Part shown: positions 49,690 through 62,287 of the stretch, piece after piece
How the letters are laid out: each line of letters starts with the position of its first letter
How positions within the stretch are numbered: position 1 is the stretch's first letter
Assembly (NCBI GenBank): GCA_013265495.1
Contig: MU058059.1
Span: 2,643,502-2,707,501 of the forward strand
Reading direction: 5' to 3'
DNA from: Vicugna vicugna
Lineage: Eukaryota
Length of the DNA: 64,000 bases
Notes under the pieces: model-generated
Databases searched by the model: none
The model's input: the letters and a program-made list of their open reading frames with translations, nothing else
Told to the model about the DNA's origin: nothing
Position numbers and translations under genes: made by a program

Positions 49690-50290
49690 GTGCTGCCAAC
49701 CTGATCCATCCGTTACAAAGTTCCACCTCAGCCTTTCCCTTAATGGCTTTTTAAGCTACTGATGATGATTGCCTCGATCTGTTATTTTATTAGGGGTTTC
49801 AAGACGGTGACATCCTAACTCTGTCACTCCATCCGCATGTATTAAGTGTCCTCTCTGCTCTCTGTGTGGTTACTCTGAAACAGAGTTCCTGTAGGAAACT
49901 TGAGATCAACGTTTGATTCATTCCCTTTGTTTTCCGGTGTCAGAATGGACTGGTTCCATAATGACCTGATCCAGTAACCAGTAGTACAGTTACGGACCTA
50001 GGGATTTTTGCGTATTTAGTATGTGTGAGCGCTTTGCAGTAACAAGTATCTGTGTGTTCAGGGCATCTCATCTTTGGCCAGTAGGAGCCCGTTCAGGTTG
50101 TCTCTTGTGTTCCTTGGACATGACTCTGGAAATCTTTGGGAGCGCCCCTGTGCAGCAGGGTGTTCTCAGCTCACCCGCAGACTGGAGCCGGCCCTTTCTC
50201 CAGGAAACCTTGGGGGCTTTTGAGCAGACAGTGGCATGTAGAGAACACTGTCCGGTGCAGGGGTGCCCACTGGACCTGGTTGCTTCCAGC
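49690..50290 (-). mobile_element. Old L1MC4/5-type 3' UTR fragment
   Basis: cctgatccatccgttacaaagttccacctcagcctttcccttaatggc...gatgattgcctcgatctgttattttattagggg is the reverse complement of L1MC 3' UTR motifs. Confidence 0.6.
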
Positions 50291-50419
50291 CCAACACCCA
50301 CTACGCTCACCACCACCCTGAACCCCTCTGTCTGCTGCTCTGTCTGCCGGGCCTGACACGCCGGCTTCTAACTCATCCCTTTGTCTCTGTCACTAGGAAG
50401 AGAAAGACCGCCGGGTACA

Positions 50420-50880
50420 ATGAAGTGTAGGAGGATAGCTTTATAACCTCAGGGTAGGCAGTGCCCTCAGCCTTCGTGGACACAGTCGTACGCTTCTGCT
50501 TACCAAAAGACACCATCAACAGAATTTTTAAGCAAGCTCTAGATTAGAAGAAATATTGATATGTCAGGCACTAGTAGCCTAATTATAAAAAATACCTAGA
50601 CATCAATAAGAAGAGACAAACTCAAGTAGAAAAAAATGGATGTAAAATATACATGGGCAGCTTACAGAACAGCAGTGTAGGGCTGGGTAATCTTTGAAAT
50701 CTATTCAGCCTCACACATAATCAGATATGTGCAGATCTACACAATATGAGTGTATCGTTTCACCCATCAGACTGGCAGACGTTCCTAAGCGATATCAAGT
50801 GTTGGTGAGTATATGGGAAAACACAAGTTGTTAAACATGATGATTAAGTAAAACTTTAGGGTTACTTTTGAGATTGCATT
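50420..50880 (+). mobile_element. Ancient L1M ORF2 3' fragment
   Basis: aaaagacaccatcaacaga...atcaataagaagagacaaactcaagtagaaaaaaatgg...tttcacccatcagactggca...tatcaagtgttggtgag. Confidence 0.7.
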
Positions 50881-51323
50881 TTAATTTTGAGAAAAATTCC
50901 TCTGTTTCCCATCATTCCCCCCCATACATAAGGAATAAACAGCGTGTGAAGGCCAGATGATTTGCTTTTCACGTTTCCAATAATGAGTAAAAAACCTTTC
51001 GCTACCACTGTTCCAGATTACTAAGATAAATCCAGTTTGCTTTGCTTCATCTGTAAAAAAGAGAAACTTACAAATTCAGAATCAGTGCTAAAATTTTTAA
51101 GTGTGATTTTTATATTTTTCCACAGGGAAAAAGGTGTTGTTGACAATAAAGTGACCATAGTTTAGAATAGATTAATAAAAAAATGAAGGCCTGGGTTGGG
51201 AGAGCGGTTGGTAGGTAAATATGTGTTGTAGAAAGGCCAGTCAGTCAGATGACTGTGGGAGTGCCTGTAGGTGATGAAACATTACAGTCCTGGGTGCTGG
51301 TTAAATGCTCTGGTTACACTAGC

Positions 51324-51765
51324 TGTGTCGGTCTTCTGTGGCAGCCGTAACAAACTGCTACAAGCTTGGTGGCTAAAAGACAGCACAAGTGACTCACTTA
51401 CAGTTGTGTCAGTTAGAGGTCCGGCACGTCGCCCTGGGCTCCAACCAAGGTGTTAGCACAACTGCATCCCCTTCCGGAGACCCCAGGGGAGAACCTGTGT
51501 CCTTGCCTCTTCCAGCTCCTGGAGACCACTCCCATCTTCAAAGCCAGCAAGGACGAGTTACGCCGTCCCCTCACCACCTCTCTCTGACCTATTGTTCCGC
51601 CACTTAAGATGCGCTGTAGTTACATCTGGTCCCCGGATAACTGAGGACAATCTCCTTATCTTAAAGTCAGCGATGCCTTAGCTCTCTTTTGCTCTGGGAC
51701 ATCACGTATGCTCACAGGTTCCAAGGTTAAGAGGTGGGCGTCCCTGAGGGGCCATTGTGTCTATG
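51324..51765 (-). mobile_element. MLT1D-like MaLR solo LTR
   Basis: gccgtaacaaactgctacaagcttggtggct...aggggagaacctgtgtccttgcctcttccagctcctggag...tccttatcttaaagtcag...cacaggttccaagg. Confidence 0.82.
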
Positions 51766-53188
51766 AATGGACCCTGGATCCAAGCACAGAGGAACATCTC
51801 TTTCTGGGTTAAAGCTGGTGTTTCCTGCGCAGTCTCTTTCAGTGACTGTGTTCGTGCAGGTTGCTAGAGCCCCTAAAGAAACAGGTTGTATTTGCTCCTG
51901 AATAAATCAATCCGCAGCTGTATTTTAAACTTGGAATAGAGTGAGTTTGTTAAAAATGTCCATCCTATATGTTTATGAGCTTCTGAAGTATGTAGTTCTG
52001 CATACCCAAGGGGTCGTCTGGATTTTAAGATCAAGTCACTGCTGAAATTTGGATGCAGAACACACAATGTTCTTGTTTATTGCACTCCAGCGGCTTGCTC
52101 TGTTTCTGTTAAGCTGGCATTCCAACTTTTTAGGGAGCTTCACAAACTCTGTCAAGAGAAAACTGGAGGCACGATTCCAATGTGACATGCATTAAAAATT
52201 CCTCTTTCTCACTTGTATTTATAGTCTGATGGAGGATCGACAATATACCAGTTTAGTCTTGAGCAGAGTGACAGTTTTGAAACCATTAAACTTCAACGTA
52301 ATGTGCACACAGCAGAATTCAGCATAAGCAGCCGAGGAGCAGGGACTCGCTGTCACAAATGTCACTCTGCTTCCATTCCGCTCTGTTGTGGATGGTCCTC
52401 ACCTCGTCTTTCCTGTGCCATTGCTGGTTCAGTCCCTCTGCATTCATACCACCCTGATGGGAGAAGTAAAACTAAACAAAATATGACTAAGGATGACAGA
52501 CACTGTGTCTATTACTTTCACTGCTGCCTTTTCTCTTATAATGTTTAAAACCCTTCGGCTGGCCTGGGACAGTATGTAGGTGCTCACAGGAGCTGTGAGT
52601 TAGTCCCGAGTGGTAGATGCGTCTGTTGGGAGGGCTGTGTCTGCGGGTGGCTCTTGGCGAGCAGCATGTGTGTGGGTGGGTCCTTGCCACAGGCTCTGTT
52701 TTCAGAGGAGGCCAGCTTGAACCTTCATCTGACAGTTACCAAACAGGAGCTCTCACCCTCCGGGCCAGACAAAGGTCAGAGGGGAGGGAATGCGGAAAAG
52801 CTGGACTCGTAAGGAATTACTGGTTGGTAGGAAAGATAACCTAGGGAGATGGGGAAGATGCCCGAGCAGGTAGGAAAGTGAGGGAGAGTGATAATTAAAT
52901 GCATTTCATGATTGACCCAATGGCCTCTCCTCCAAGGAAATAATGTTAAATTCAAGTTAGAAAAAGAAAAAAAATTTTTTAAATGCCTCTGTATCACTTA
53001 GAAAAATTAAAAGAAAACGTCTGTATCCCTATGATGTTTTCAATCCCAGGATCCTTTTCATTCTTTCCACAAGCTGAAAAGCTACAGGATTTAGCCATGA
53101 AGAGGGGACGTCATATCCAAGTAGTGACCTAGGAGCCTTCGAGTCTCCAAATGTCCATCAGTCACTGTCTCTCTGTCTCTCTTTTTCT

Positions 53189-53212
53189 CACACACACACA
53201 CACACACACACA
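53189..53212. repeat. (CA)12 microsatellite
   Basis: Read directly. Confidence 0.95.
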
Positions 53213-54639
53213 TACACAGTTACGTTATTCCTATATTTTTTATAATTAGGAAATAATGTATTATGGTTAACCAGATAATTGAAATAATGGGAACAAATAG
53301 ATGTCTGTTTTGTCACACGCCAGTCCGGCTCTAGGACAGGGACATCCAACACACAAAAGAGGCAAAGCCCCGCCCTCACTCAGCGACACTGACACTGGCC
53401 AGAAGCACAGCACAACGCCTGTTGGCTGAGGTCAAAGCGGTGGCTCTCAGCTGCCCCTGGGAAACGCGTGCTGTCAGGGAGGGGTTCCTTCGGAAGTCAG
53501 CGCTGGGAAGTTCGCGTCAGTCTAGCCCGCGACCGTCAGAGCTGCAGGTGCTCAGGCCCCTCCAGAAAACAGCAGGTTCTTTTCTTAATGCTGCTAGTTC
53601 CCAAAATGAAGCATAGGATATTGAAATTATGTTTGTTCCCACATGTGAATTTAACTTGTGAGTCCATTCGTCTTCTTGCTGTAAATAACATAATCCCAAG
53701 CCCTTTCTTTGCTGTAATTCATGACGACTGTCATCGTCAGGGAGTCATGCAGCAGATGCACATCATGGTTTGGAAGTGATCTCGGGTTGTGATACATGCA
53801 GTTGCAGCTTTTTTTAAAAGAAGGTCAACCTTTTCCAGATATTTCTTCAACCTTTCAAGTTGGAGAAAGACTAATTTTTTAATTATTTAATTGTTTTAAT
53901 AATTTTTAATTATTTAACATGACTGTTATTTGAGCCTCTTCAACATGAAATACAGTTGTCTCTGTGTGTACGTGTGTACGTGTGTACAGAGAGAGATCCT
54001 GGCAGCTACTTGTCTAAGAGATCCACAGGGTTCTTTGCGTCCCTTGTCTGGTGTGTGTTCCTTGCAGACACCCTGACTGGTCCATGGAACATTCTAGGGC
54101 ATCTTTGGTATAAGGTCACCCGAAATAAAGCTGAAGCCTTGAGTGATATGTTAATAAAATCTGCCCCCACTTCTCCGTTGCAGGAGGGGAAGGCCGGTGT
54201 CTAAGGCCTCCTCCCAGCCTGTCTTCAGCCACATCGGCCTGTCGTTTCATGTCATCACAGGGTCAAGAGGTGAACTCTGAAACAGAGACCCAACAAAGAT
54301 CAAAGCCCTGGCTTGTCTCGACGTGAACTATTCTTTGTGATTAGCAATCGCCATGTTTACGAGTCAGTGAAAAGCAGGAGGCAATGGGGTGGGTGATGAA
54401 TGCGCCCCATAGTTCTATGTCTGCAAGACACAGGTGGAGTGGTTTCTTAAGTGGTGGTGGTGATTCCATGAACAGCAACGTTAGAACGTTCTCATTCTGG
54501 TCAACACCCACAAAGTCCCAACTGACAAAGTAAACTAGCCTTTGTTTTTTGTGTCCGGATTTAAGCAACCAATAAAGTTTGCTTAGCGATGCCCATCACA
54601 GTCTCATGAAGATGTTTTATCTCAACACGGGAAGTAACA

Positions 54640-54830
54640 CCAGAGGTCTAGAGTTCTCTAGCCACGTGGCCTTGGGCAACTTAGCACTACCACGCCCCGG
54701 TTTCCCTCTCTCTAAGACTGGGCTCGCAACCACAGGTTCCTCACTGGGCTGTTGTGAGAATGGAGAGTTAGTGAACGTGACGCGCCTGGTGCCCCTGCGG
54801 TCCTAAGGAAGTTTCTGTGGTCATTATTTT
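54640..54830 (+). mobile_element. MIR SINE
   Basis: gtggccttgggcaacttagcactaccacgccccggtttccctctctctaagactggg...gggctgttgtgagaat. Confidence 0.65.
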
Positions 54831-55953
54831 CATTGTTTTTCCATTTGCTGCTGTAGTGCTTCATCTTTTGCTCTAATGTTGGGACATTTTTTTTTCTCTC
54901 CCTTAAAATTTTACCTTTAAAAACAACATTATCTGGTAGTTCTCACAGATCCATCTTCAGCAGGACAGCCCCCTCTTCATTTTGGTTTTTTCAGCTGGAT
55001 CTTGGCAATTTGGTATAACGTGTGCCAAATAACTTCTTTGACTCAACCAGTAATTATTTCACCCCTACTGGGAGAAAAATTAAATACCTCTTCTTCAGTC
55101 CAGCCTCTGCCCTGGTCCTTAATTAACCAAAGCACACAATTAATGGTGGAAGCCAGAACCAGAAAGTCATTTGCCTTTTCATTGAGATTTGCAATGCCTC
55201 AAGTTTTACCATCCCTGTAGAATTTTAAATGACAGATAGTTTAAAAATGAGGACACTTTTTGTATAGCCAACAACTTATCTTCAGGTCAGTGTTACCAAG
55301 TCCTTCCTCTGTTGCCATCTTTGTCAGCATCATCCAACATGGCAGGACTTGCAATGGGGCGGAGGGGCCGGTCGTGCTCGCTGGTGAACCATGTCCCATA
55401 ATCCTGAGTCGGAATCAACCAGGAGTGTGACTAGGGTCCGCACTGAGGTTGACCTTTGGATTCCTCCCCTTAAATCTGCTTGGTACCCATGGCAAACATG
55501 CCCTTCCACCCCCATCCTCTCACAGGCGGCACTCAGTTCAGATTCAGGGAGGGAAAGAAGAGGAGGAGTTACCTCTGCCTTCCTTCCAGCCGTGCTGCAC
55601 GTGGTCCCCTAACTGGCCGCCGTGTGTCCCACATCTCCTCCTTCCACGGGACACATCCATGGAGAGATCGTGCGTCATGTTTATTTTACTGGTGCTAATT
55701 CATTCCTGTCACATCGTTAATAACTTGCCAGGAAGTTTCCTTCCATTCCCCTCACCCTCATTCCTCGTGTTGTATTTTCATGCCAGGAAAGAAAAAAAAG
55801 AGAACTATTGGAATGTAATAAGCATGAAGGACCGTCCTTCTAATTTGAATTCATTCCACATTTCTTTCCTTCTCCACTTCTGTGCTAGTGGAAGTTTGGC
55901 GCTATAACTCATTTTTTTCTCCCTCCTATTTTTTGTCCCAGGCAGTATTGCAG

Positions 55954-56385
55954 TTTTTTCAGTAGACTTTACTTTTTAGAGCAGTTTTAGGTTTACAGCA
56001 AAAATCAGGCCAAAAGTTCAACAGGAGAGCAGAGAGCCTGTGTACACCTTCTGCCGCACACCCCCCACACACAGCTTGCCCCTCTGTCAACATCCTGCAC
56101 CAGAAGTGTACATTTGTTACAACAGAAGACACATCGTTATCACCCAAAGTTCATAGTTTGCATTAGGGTCCACTCTTGGTGGTGCACATGCCTTAGTTTT
56201 TAACAACTGAATAATAACATGTACCCACCATTTAATATCATACAGAATAGCTTCCCTGCCCTAAAAGTCCTCTGTGCTCTGCGTAGTCACCCCTCCTGCC
56301 CCACCTGGCAAACACCTACCTTCTTACTGTCTCTGTAGGTCTGTCTTCCCAGAATATCATAGCACTGGAGTCGTACAGCACACAT
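55954..56385 (-). mobile_element. L1MC1/2-type 3' end
   Basis: tagactttactttttagagcagttttaggtttacagcaaaa...tacatttgttacaa...atcacccaaagttcatagtttgcattagggtccactcttgg...catacagaatagcttccctgccctaaaa. Confidence 0.85.
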
Positions 56386-58902
56386 GTGTGCATTGCATGT
56401 CAGCTTCCACTCCTGCCCCTTCCAACACAGTTAAGTTTCTAAGTGCTGTATTAGTGGAGAGCAGAGAATACTCTGTTTTGGCCACATCGTCTTTTTAAAT
56501 TTTTTGCTTTGAATGATTTGACAATACTTAGAATTCAAATAGTTCCCATAAAATCTGGATTTCTGGTTTCTCCCGAAATTAATGATGCCTGGGACCTCCC
56601 TGAGGCATCAGTCCTCTGGAGCGGAGCGGCCGTCCCCTCCTTGTGCTCCTCCATCCAGTCTCCACCACTCCTTACTGTCTTACATTTCCTTCACTCATGT
56701 CCAGGACCTGCCTGGCCCCTCGTGAGACACCTGTGTTTGTGGCATCTAAGGAGAGGAAAAATGCAGTTAAAAGCTGAGGTTGTTGCAGGAAGGCTTGCTT
56801 AGGGCTGTGAGCTGCATTTTGAAGGCTCACAGACATAGAGTATGTGTTTAATGGACGTGCGCTTAAAGCTGGAGAGCTCTGACTGGACCTCTCCTTGGTC
56901 TGAGCACACTCTCCCAGGTCCTTCGTGGCTTCTTGTGTGCTTAAAGAAGATCAGCAGTGAAATGTGTAGCATGACATCACTGAAGCTAGTCCACACACAT
57001 GGGGATTAGAAAGGAGAAAGATCTGTCCAGTACAGGCTTAGCTTTTTGTGACACTTTGACTGTCATTTCCTAACCTATAAGGATTAGAGGAACACAAGCA
57101 AGAGAAGACAAAGAGGGAAGTCTGGCGAACTTGACTGCATCTCTCTTTGTAGGCAGAACAAAAGAGAACTTGGAGGCAATTATCTGCATAAATCAGTTGA
57201 AAGCAAATCCAAGAAATTCCAGCAAAAAAGGGATGTTTTGCCTGAATGATGGCACTCATTATCTCAATCCTTCACTTCAGAGCTCCTGGGGAGACCCGGC
57301 TTGAGAATGCTTCTCCAGGGAGCTGGCGGACTCAGAAGTGCAGAGCAAACTATTGTAACTGTAACTATGGCTCTCAGGCTGGGACTGCCTCTGTCCAAAA
57401 CACCTGTTGAGAACATCCAAGCCCAGACGCTCCTCTCAGACTAGCATGATTGGCTGGAGAAAAGGCGGCTCTGGAGAGGATGATCCGAGTCTGCACTCTG
57501 GTGCCCCGAAGAACCATTCCCGCTTACTGCTCAAAACCTTTACAACTTTAACACTGGCATAGACGTCATAGCTCATTTTCATTTCTCTGTTTGAAAATGT
57601 ATCTTTTTCCCAACAACTTTTAGCAATAAAAAGGGCAACTTATTAATGAAACCCTTCTGCCTTCCAAGGATGAAATTAAAAGATTATTATAACTACAGGC
57701 GAGGAAGCATTTGGATTATGTGGCTTTTGAAAATGGTAATAAAGGTTATCCACATGGTCCGATGTCGTCAGTGCCTCCCGTTGCATTCGTGATCACCTAA
57801 TGGGGGGTGATTCTGATTACGTGGCTCATTTCAAGTTCTGCTGTGTCCTAGTCAGTCAGTGTCAAGATGATTTACTAGAAATAGTTGCTGTTTTCCTGTG
57901 TAGGCGCTGCTAAGTGCTTAAGCAGAATTAGAATATTTAGGACATTGTGTCTTGGGTATTACGGTGCCATGGTCTTCTTAGATCCTCTCACTTTATAACT
58001 TCTTCATAAGCGTCTCTAATTCTCTTCTTGTCTGCCCTGGATGCGTCAAACAACCTCCGGTGCTAAAGAGCTGGAAAAGTGTGTTTTATCTGGGTATTTG
58101 AATGTCAGTTTCCCTTAGGTTTAATGCCTTTTGTTCGGGTCTCTGTGACTTTAGATTATGAGCTTTTGGTGGTTCGTGAGCATGATGGAGAGGCCAGGGT
58201 TAAACTGTCTCCAAAGGAATTACAAATCTCGCCACCTTCCAAGTCCTTTCTGCGTCTCTTTCACCAAGGGAGAGGGCCTGGGGACGCAGTCCTCTATGAA
58301 ACTTTGCGGGGAAGCCAGTAATTTGACTTTTTTTACCTTCTGCTACTGGGGGAACTGCTTTGGGTTCATTTGGGGTCTGGCCCAGTGTCACAGCCACCTG
58401 ACGTTTCTGGATATGCCCGTCAGCGGTCTCTGTCCCCCGCAGGCAGTGTCACAGCGCCTCCCTTGGCGCAGGGCTCCGTTTATGCTGGCATCACCCCGCG
58501 GCAGGTGTGTTCTTTGGTTCTGCAGCTGCCCCCTTAGACTCACTCCTCGGATTCAGTTTGGCTTGGCAAATACTTGCTAAGGGGGACTGACTCTTGGCCC
58601 CTGAGTACAGCAATGTGGAAAATAATTTAGTAGATACATTATGACCGTGTGGTACCTGGGTCCTGGGCCGTTTTAATTCAGCTCCTAGCAGGAGAAGCAT
58701 AAAGGCGTGTTCCTAATGTCACTGAGGGTTTTGTCGAGGACAATGAATGTATTTTCTCCTTGCGTCTCTGCACCTGTCAGAGAACCTGACGCTCCGTGTG
58801 ACGGAAGAATACCACTCACTCAATAGCAGTGACTCCCGATCGTCGGTCGGTTCGCACTCTGTATCCGCCTGCACGTCTACATAATGAACTCTTTGTCCGA
58901 AG

Positions 58903-59054
58903 GAAACTGGCCAAGAAGCGGAAGGAGACGATGAGCAGCACGCGGCAGGAGATGACGGTGATGGTGAGCTCCATGGACAAGAGCTACGCGGAGCAGGGCA
59001 CCAGCTGCGACGAGGCTTTCTCCTTCATGGACACGCACAACCTGAACGGGAGAT
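58903..59054 (+). CDS. PTPRM: PTPRM juxtamembrane coding exon, 152 nt, phase 2 in / phase 1 out: (R)KLAKKRKETMSSTRQEMTVMVSSMDKSYAEQGTSCDEAFSFMDTHNLNGR(S)
   Basis: Translation matches the RPTP-mu juxtamembrane sequence as I recall it. Acceptor AG at 58901-58902, donor GTGAGT at 59055; 1+150+1 nt; splices in frame to the exon at 63936. It lies inside ORF 58829..59125 of the track. Confidence 0.97.
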
Positions 59055-61515
59055 GTGAGTGCACGCGCGTCCCCGGCTCCCGGGCGGCGCCCGGCTCCCC
59101 AGGGCTCCCGGTAGTGCTGGGGTGAGGGGGTGGGGTGGTTAGGCAGCAGAACGCCCCGACAGCATTCTTATGCCCCTTCCTAGACGACCCTGGAGGTGTC
59201 CCTGTGTGCCGCAGCTCCGTAGGAGGCCGTGGGCCCGGTCAGGGAGCGCAGGGAGCCGCGGGCCGTTTCTGCAGTGACCTGGAGCCGCGGCACCAAGGCT
59301 GCCCTCCCCCGCAAGAGGAGGGCGCCTGCTTGTCACCCTCCCTCGCGGTGTTTAGCTCCTGTTTGTGCGCGAGCCAGGTGTGGAATTAACACAGGGGAAG
59401 CCTGTTGGAAAACAGTTTGCTAAATGGCAGTAACAAGCTAATTGTTCATTTGTTTAGCTGACAAGGTCTGCCTTTATTATAGGGCTGTTTGTGGCAGGTA
59501 ATACATTAAACTATATTTCCACTTAAGAAGGCTTACATTTCACGCCAGGTGAGGCAGCCGAGCTCAGCTAATACCTTCCTACGCTGCCACCTGCGATCCA
59601 GGTCCAAGGCGTTATTTTAGGAAGCTGACAATTACTCAGATTGTGTGAGATACAAAAAGAGCAGGTGCTGGGGCCCCAGTGATCTTCTCTAAACACTAAA
59701 TCCCGCGGCGCAGCTCAGCTGGGTTCAGGGTCAGAGGTTTCCTTACCGTGGGACATCCGTGTGCACAGGCTGTTGGACCGCGTGGGGAAGGACTTGCAGG
59801 CATCTCGGTTTCTAATAAAAATAAGGCCGGGGATGGAGAGAAGCACAGAACCATGGTCTCTGGCGAGAGAGGCTGAACCCCGCGCAGACAGTGCGTGCGC
59901 CGGCCCGACTACCCACCTGGCATGTTCTGATGCCGCATCTCCGGCCCGGCGTCCTCTCCCATCGCACACGCTGTAGTCAGCGCTCTTCCCGCGCCTGCCT
60001 TTCCCAACACTCAGCAAGGCTTCTAGAAAGCTTATTTCTTTCTGTCCACAGTGGCCCCTGGTCAGAGGCCGTGTGTTCATTCATCTGCGTGCACACCCGG
60101 CCGCTGGTGTGGAGTTCCACCAGACACACTCCTCGTGATGGCCACTGTCCTCTGCCCTTTCATGGCGTCCTCGGTGCAGCTGGCAGAACCCAGGGAACTT
60201 AGTTTAACTGTGAACTGCCTCCCTTTTTTTATAAAATGTTCTCTGCTTCTTTGTAGCAAATATATTTTTCATTAAAAAAATATGTAATATGTTTAATGGC
60301 CCAAATAAAGCAACTTAGGATGCATTTGTGTGGGCTGGGTGGGAGAAGTCCTTCCCACAACAGACAAGATAAGAATTTTTGTCACAGCTCTATTTAGCGC
60401 TATGAAAGCCACCTTTCCATGAAATCAGTGACAAATGTCCCATAGGTATTTATTAAAAACGAGGATTTTTAGGACTGTTCCAGTTCTTTGGGGATGAGGG
60501 TGGAATTTAAGCCAAGTTTGTGATTATTGAAAGGTCATAATGTCCTACTGTAAGCTATACGGATGAAATAAATCTCCCAAGATTACATTTTACATGTATT
60601 TATATCTGAAATTATTCTCATTTTATCTGTTGGTCCCCAAGAAATAGTAATAGTCCTCACTTAAGGTTTCATTATCTTGGGAGAGCAAAGAAATCTCAGT
60701 AACAACAAATATATCCTAAAACCTTTAAGTCTGAAATTAAAGTTATTAGGCCATTTCAATATCGATGACTTTAACACTGAAACATTAATTAATTGGGGAT
60801 TACGATAAAACTGCATATAAACACTCAATAAGCATGACCTTTATTATCTGCTGTTAGAAATAAGATGGACTGGAGGAAAAATACAGCCAAAATCTTATAA
60901 CGAATTTCTGTCAATGCAACAAGTGGAATAAATCTTGGTTTTTGTTTTAAAAAAAAAAAGAAAAGGAAAAAAGAATTTTTGTCCTAGCAGTTATTTCTTG
61001 AACATCAGTATGAAAGGGACCACACTGATACATGTTCTTGCCTTCCAGGATAGTCCATTAATGTTCCAAATCTTCTGCTTCCTGGTGAAATTCCTCACAA
61101 ATAAATTTACTTGGAATTACCTGCCCAAAGAGCAGAAATCTACATTAGTAGTTTCTAGGCGTTTGACGTTTGAGCAACAGGGGATATTTGCCTCTGGACA
61201 GGAAATTTAATTTGACATTCACTTTTTTAAAAATGTATGTTTCCATGGAAATCCTAAAATGCCCACGCAGGGAGGGCTGCTGCCGAGGCTGGGGTCAGCA
61301 TCCAGGGCTCACCTGCCCTGAGGCGTTATTTGATGCCTCCCATCAATACCGCCAGTAGAGGAAACACAGCAGGAGGAGTTCCATTCTCCTCCCACTCTCC
61401 TTGAATCCCATCCATGGGGAGTGACCCTAAGGGTAAACTTTGTCCCGATACCCTCTTGATGCCTTTAGGGTAGGAGCGTAGTTACCGGGAAAGGAAGCTT
61501 TCAGAAAAGGTGTTC

Positions 61516-62006
61516 TTCACCATAAAGAAGAATAAAATAATGCCGTTTGCAGCAACACGGATGGCCCAAGAGATCGTCATGCTAAGTGAAGTAAGCCAGA
61601 AGGAGAAAGACAGATACCATATGACTATCACTCACATGTGGAATCTGAAAAAAAAAAAAAAGGAAAAAAGGACACTATGAACTCATTTACAAAACAGAAA
61701 CAGACTCGCAGACATAGTAAATAATCTTATGGTTACTGGGGAAAGAGGGTGGGAAGGAATAAATTTGGGAGTTTGAGATTTGCAAATGTTAGCTACTATA
61801 TATAAAAATAGATTTTAAAAAACAAGTCTCTTCTGTATAGCACAGGGAACTATATTCAGTACCTTATAATAACGTTAATGAAAAAGTGGATGAAAATGAA
61901 CATACGTATGTGTATGCATGACTGGGACCTTGTGCTGTGCACCAGAAATTGACACAATGTAAATGACTGAACTGCAATAATTAATTAATTAATTAATTAA
62001 CTAATC
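61516..62006 (+). mobile_element. Young L1 3' end, sense, with (TAAT)n tail and TSD
   Basis: aaaataatgccgtttgcagcaacacggatgg...gctaagtgaagtaagccaga...tgtatagcacagggaactatattcag...gcaccagaaattgacaca; flanks aaaaggtgttc at 61505-61515 and 62007-62017. Confidence 0.92.
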
Positions 62007-62287
62007 AAAAGGTGTTCATTAGACAACTAGGCTTCCATCCCCAAACCTATTACAAGTCTGGATACATCTGAGATCTTTCAGGGGTGGGAGGCAAGCAGCT
62101 TTTAGGAATGAAACAGGGCAAAGAGCGAAGGTGGAGAATTTTAAAATAAGCCCAGGAGCATTTATGGGAGTGGAGAGTAATCTGTCTGCCAAAACAAACG
62201 GGAGTTTTACGTAAAAGGGGGAAAAGTAGGCATGTATAGTGGGAATGGGTTTAATTTTTATCCAAAAAGAAGTATTTAAGATATATA

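Larger units (their letters stand above)
1..58902 (+). other. PTPRM: 3' part of the long PTPRM intron between the transmembrane exon (upstream of window) and the first juxtamembrane exon
   Basis: Ends in ctctttgtccgaAG directly before the PTPRM exon at 58903. No PTPRM ectodomain or TM coding sequence recognised in this span; repeat-rich non-coding composition. Confidence 0.85.

Noticed and set aside
57361..57376. gtaactatggctctc resembling a conserved 28S rRNA motif
   Set aside because: The match is only ~15 nt with no flanking rRNA similarity.
1..58902. Tyr-rich ~30-nt alternative exon (YSYSYY-type) known from R2B paralogues between the TM and KLAKK exons
   Set aside because: I scanned by eye for TAY-TCN-TAY-TAY flanked by AG/GT and found none. 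It may lie upstream of the window or be absent in PTPRM; tBLASTn would settle it.
58829..59125. 98-aa ORF as a standalone gene
   Set aside because: Only 58903-59054 is PTPRM-like; the rest is intron read-through on either side of the splice sites.
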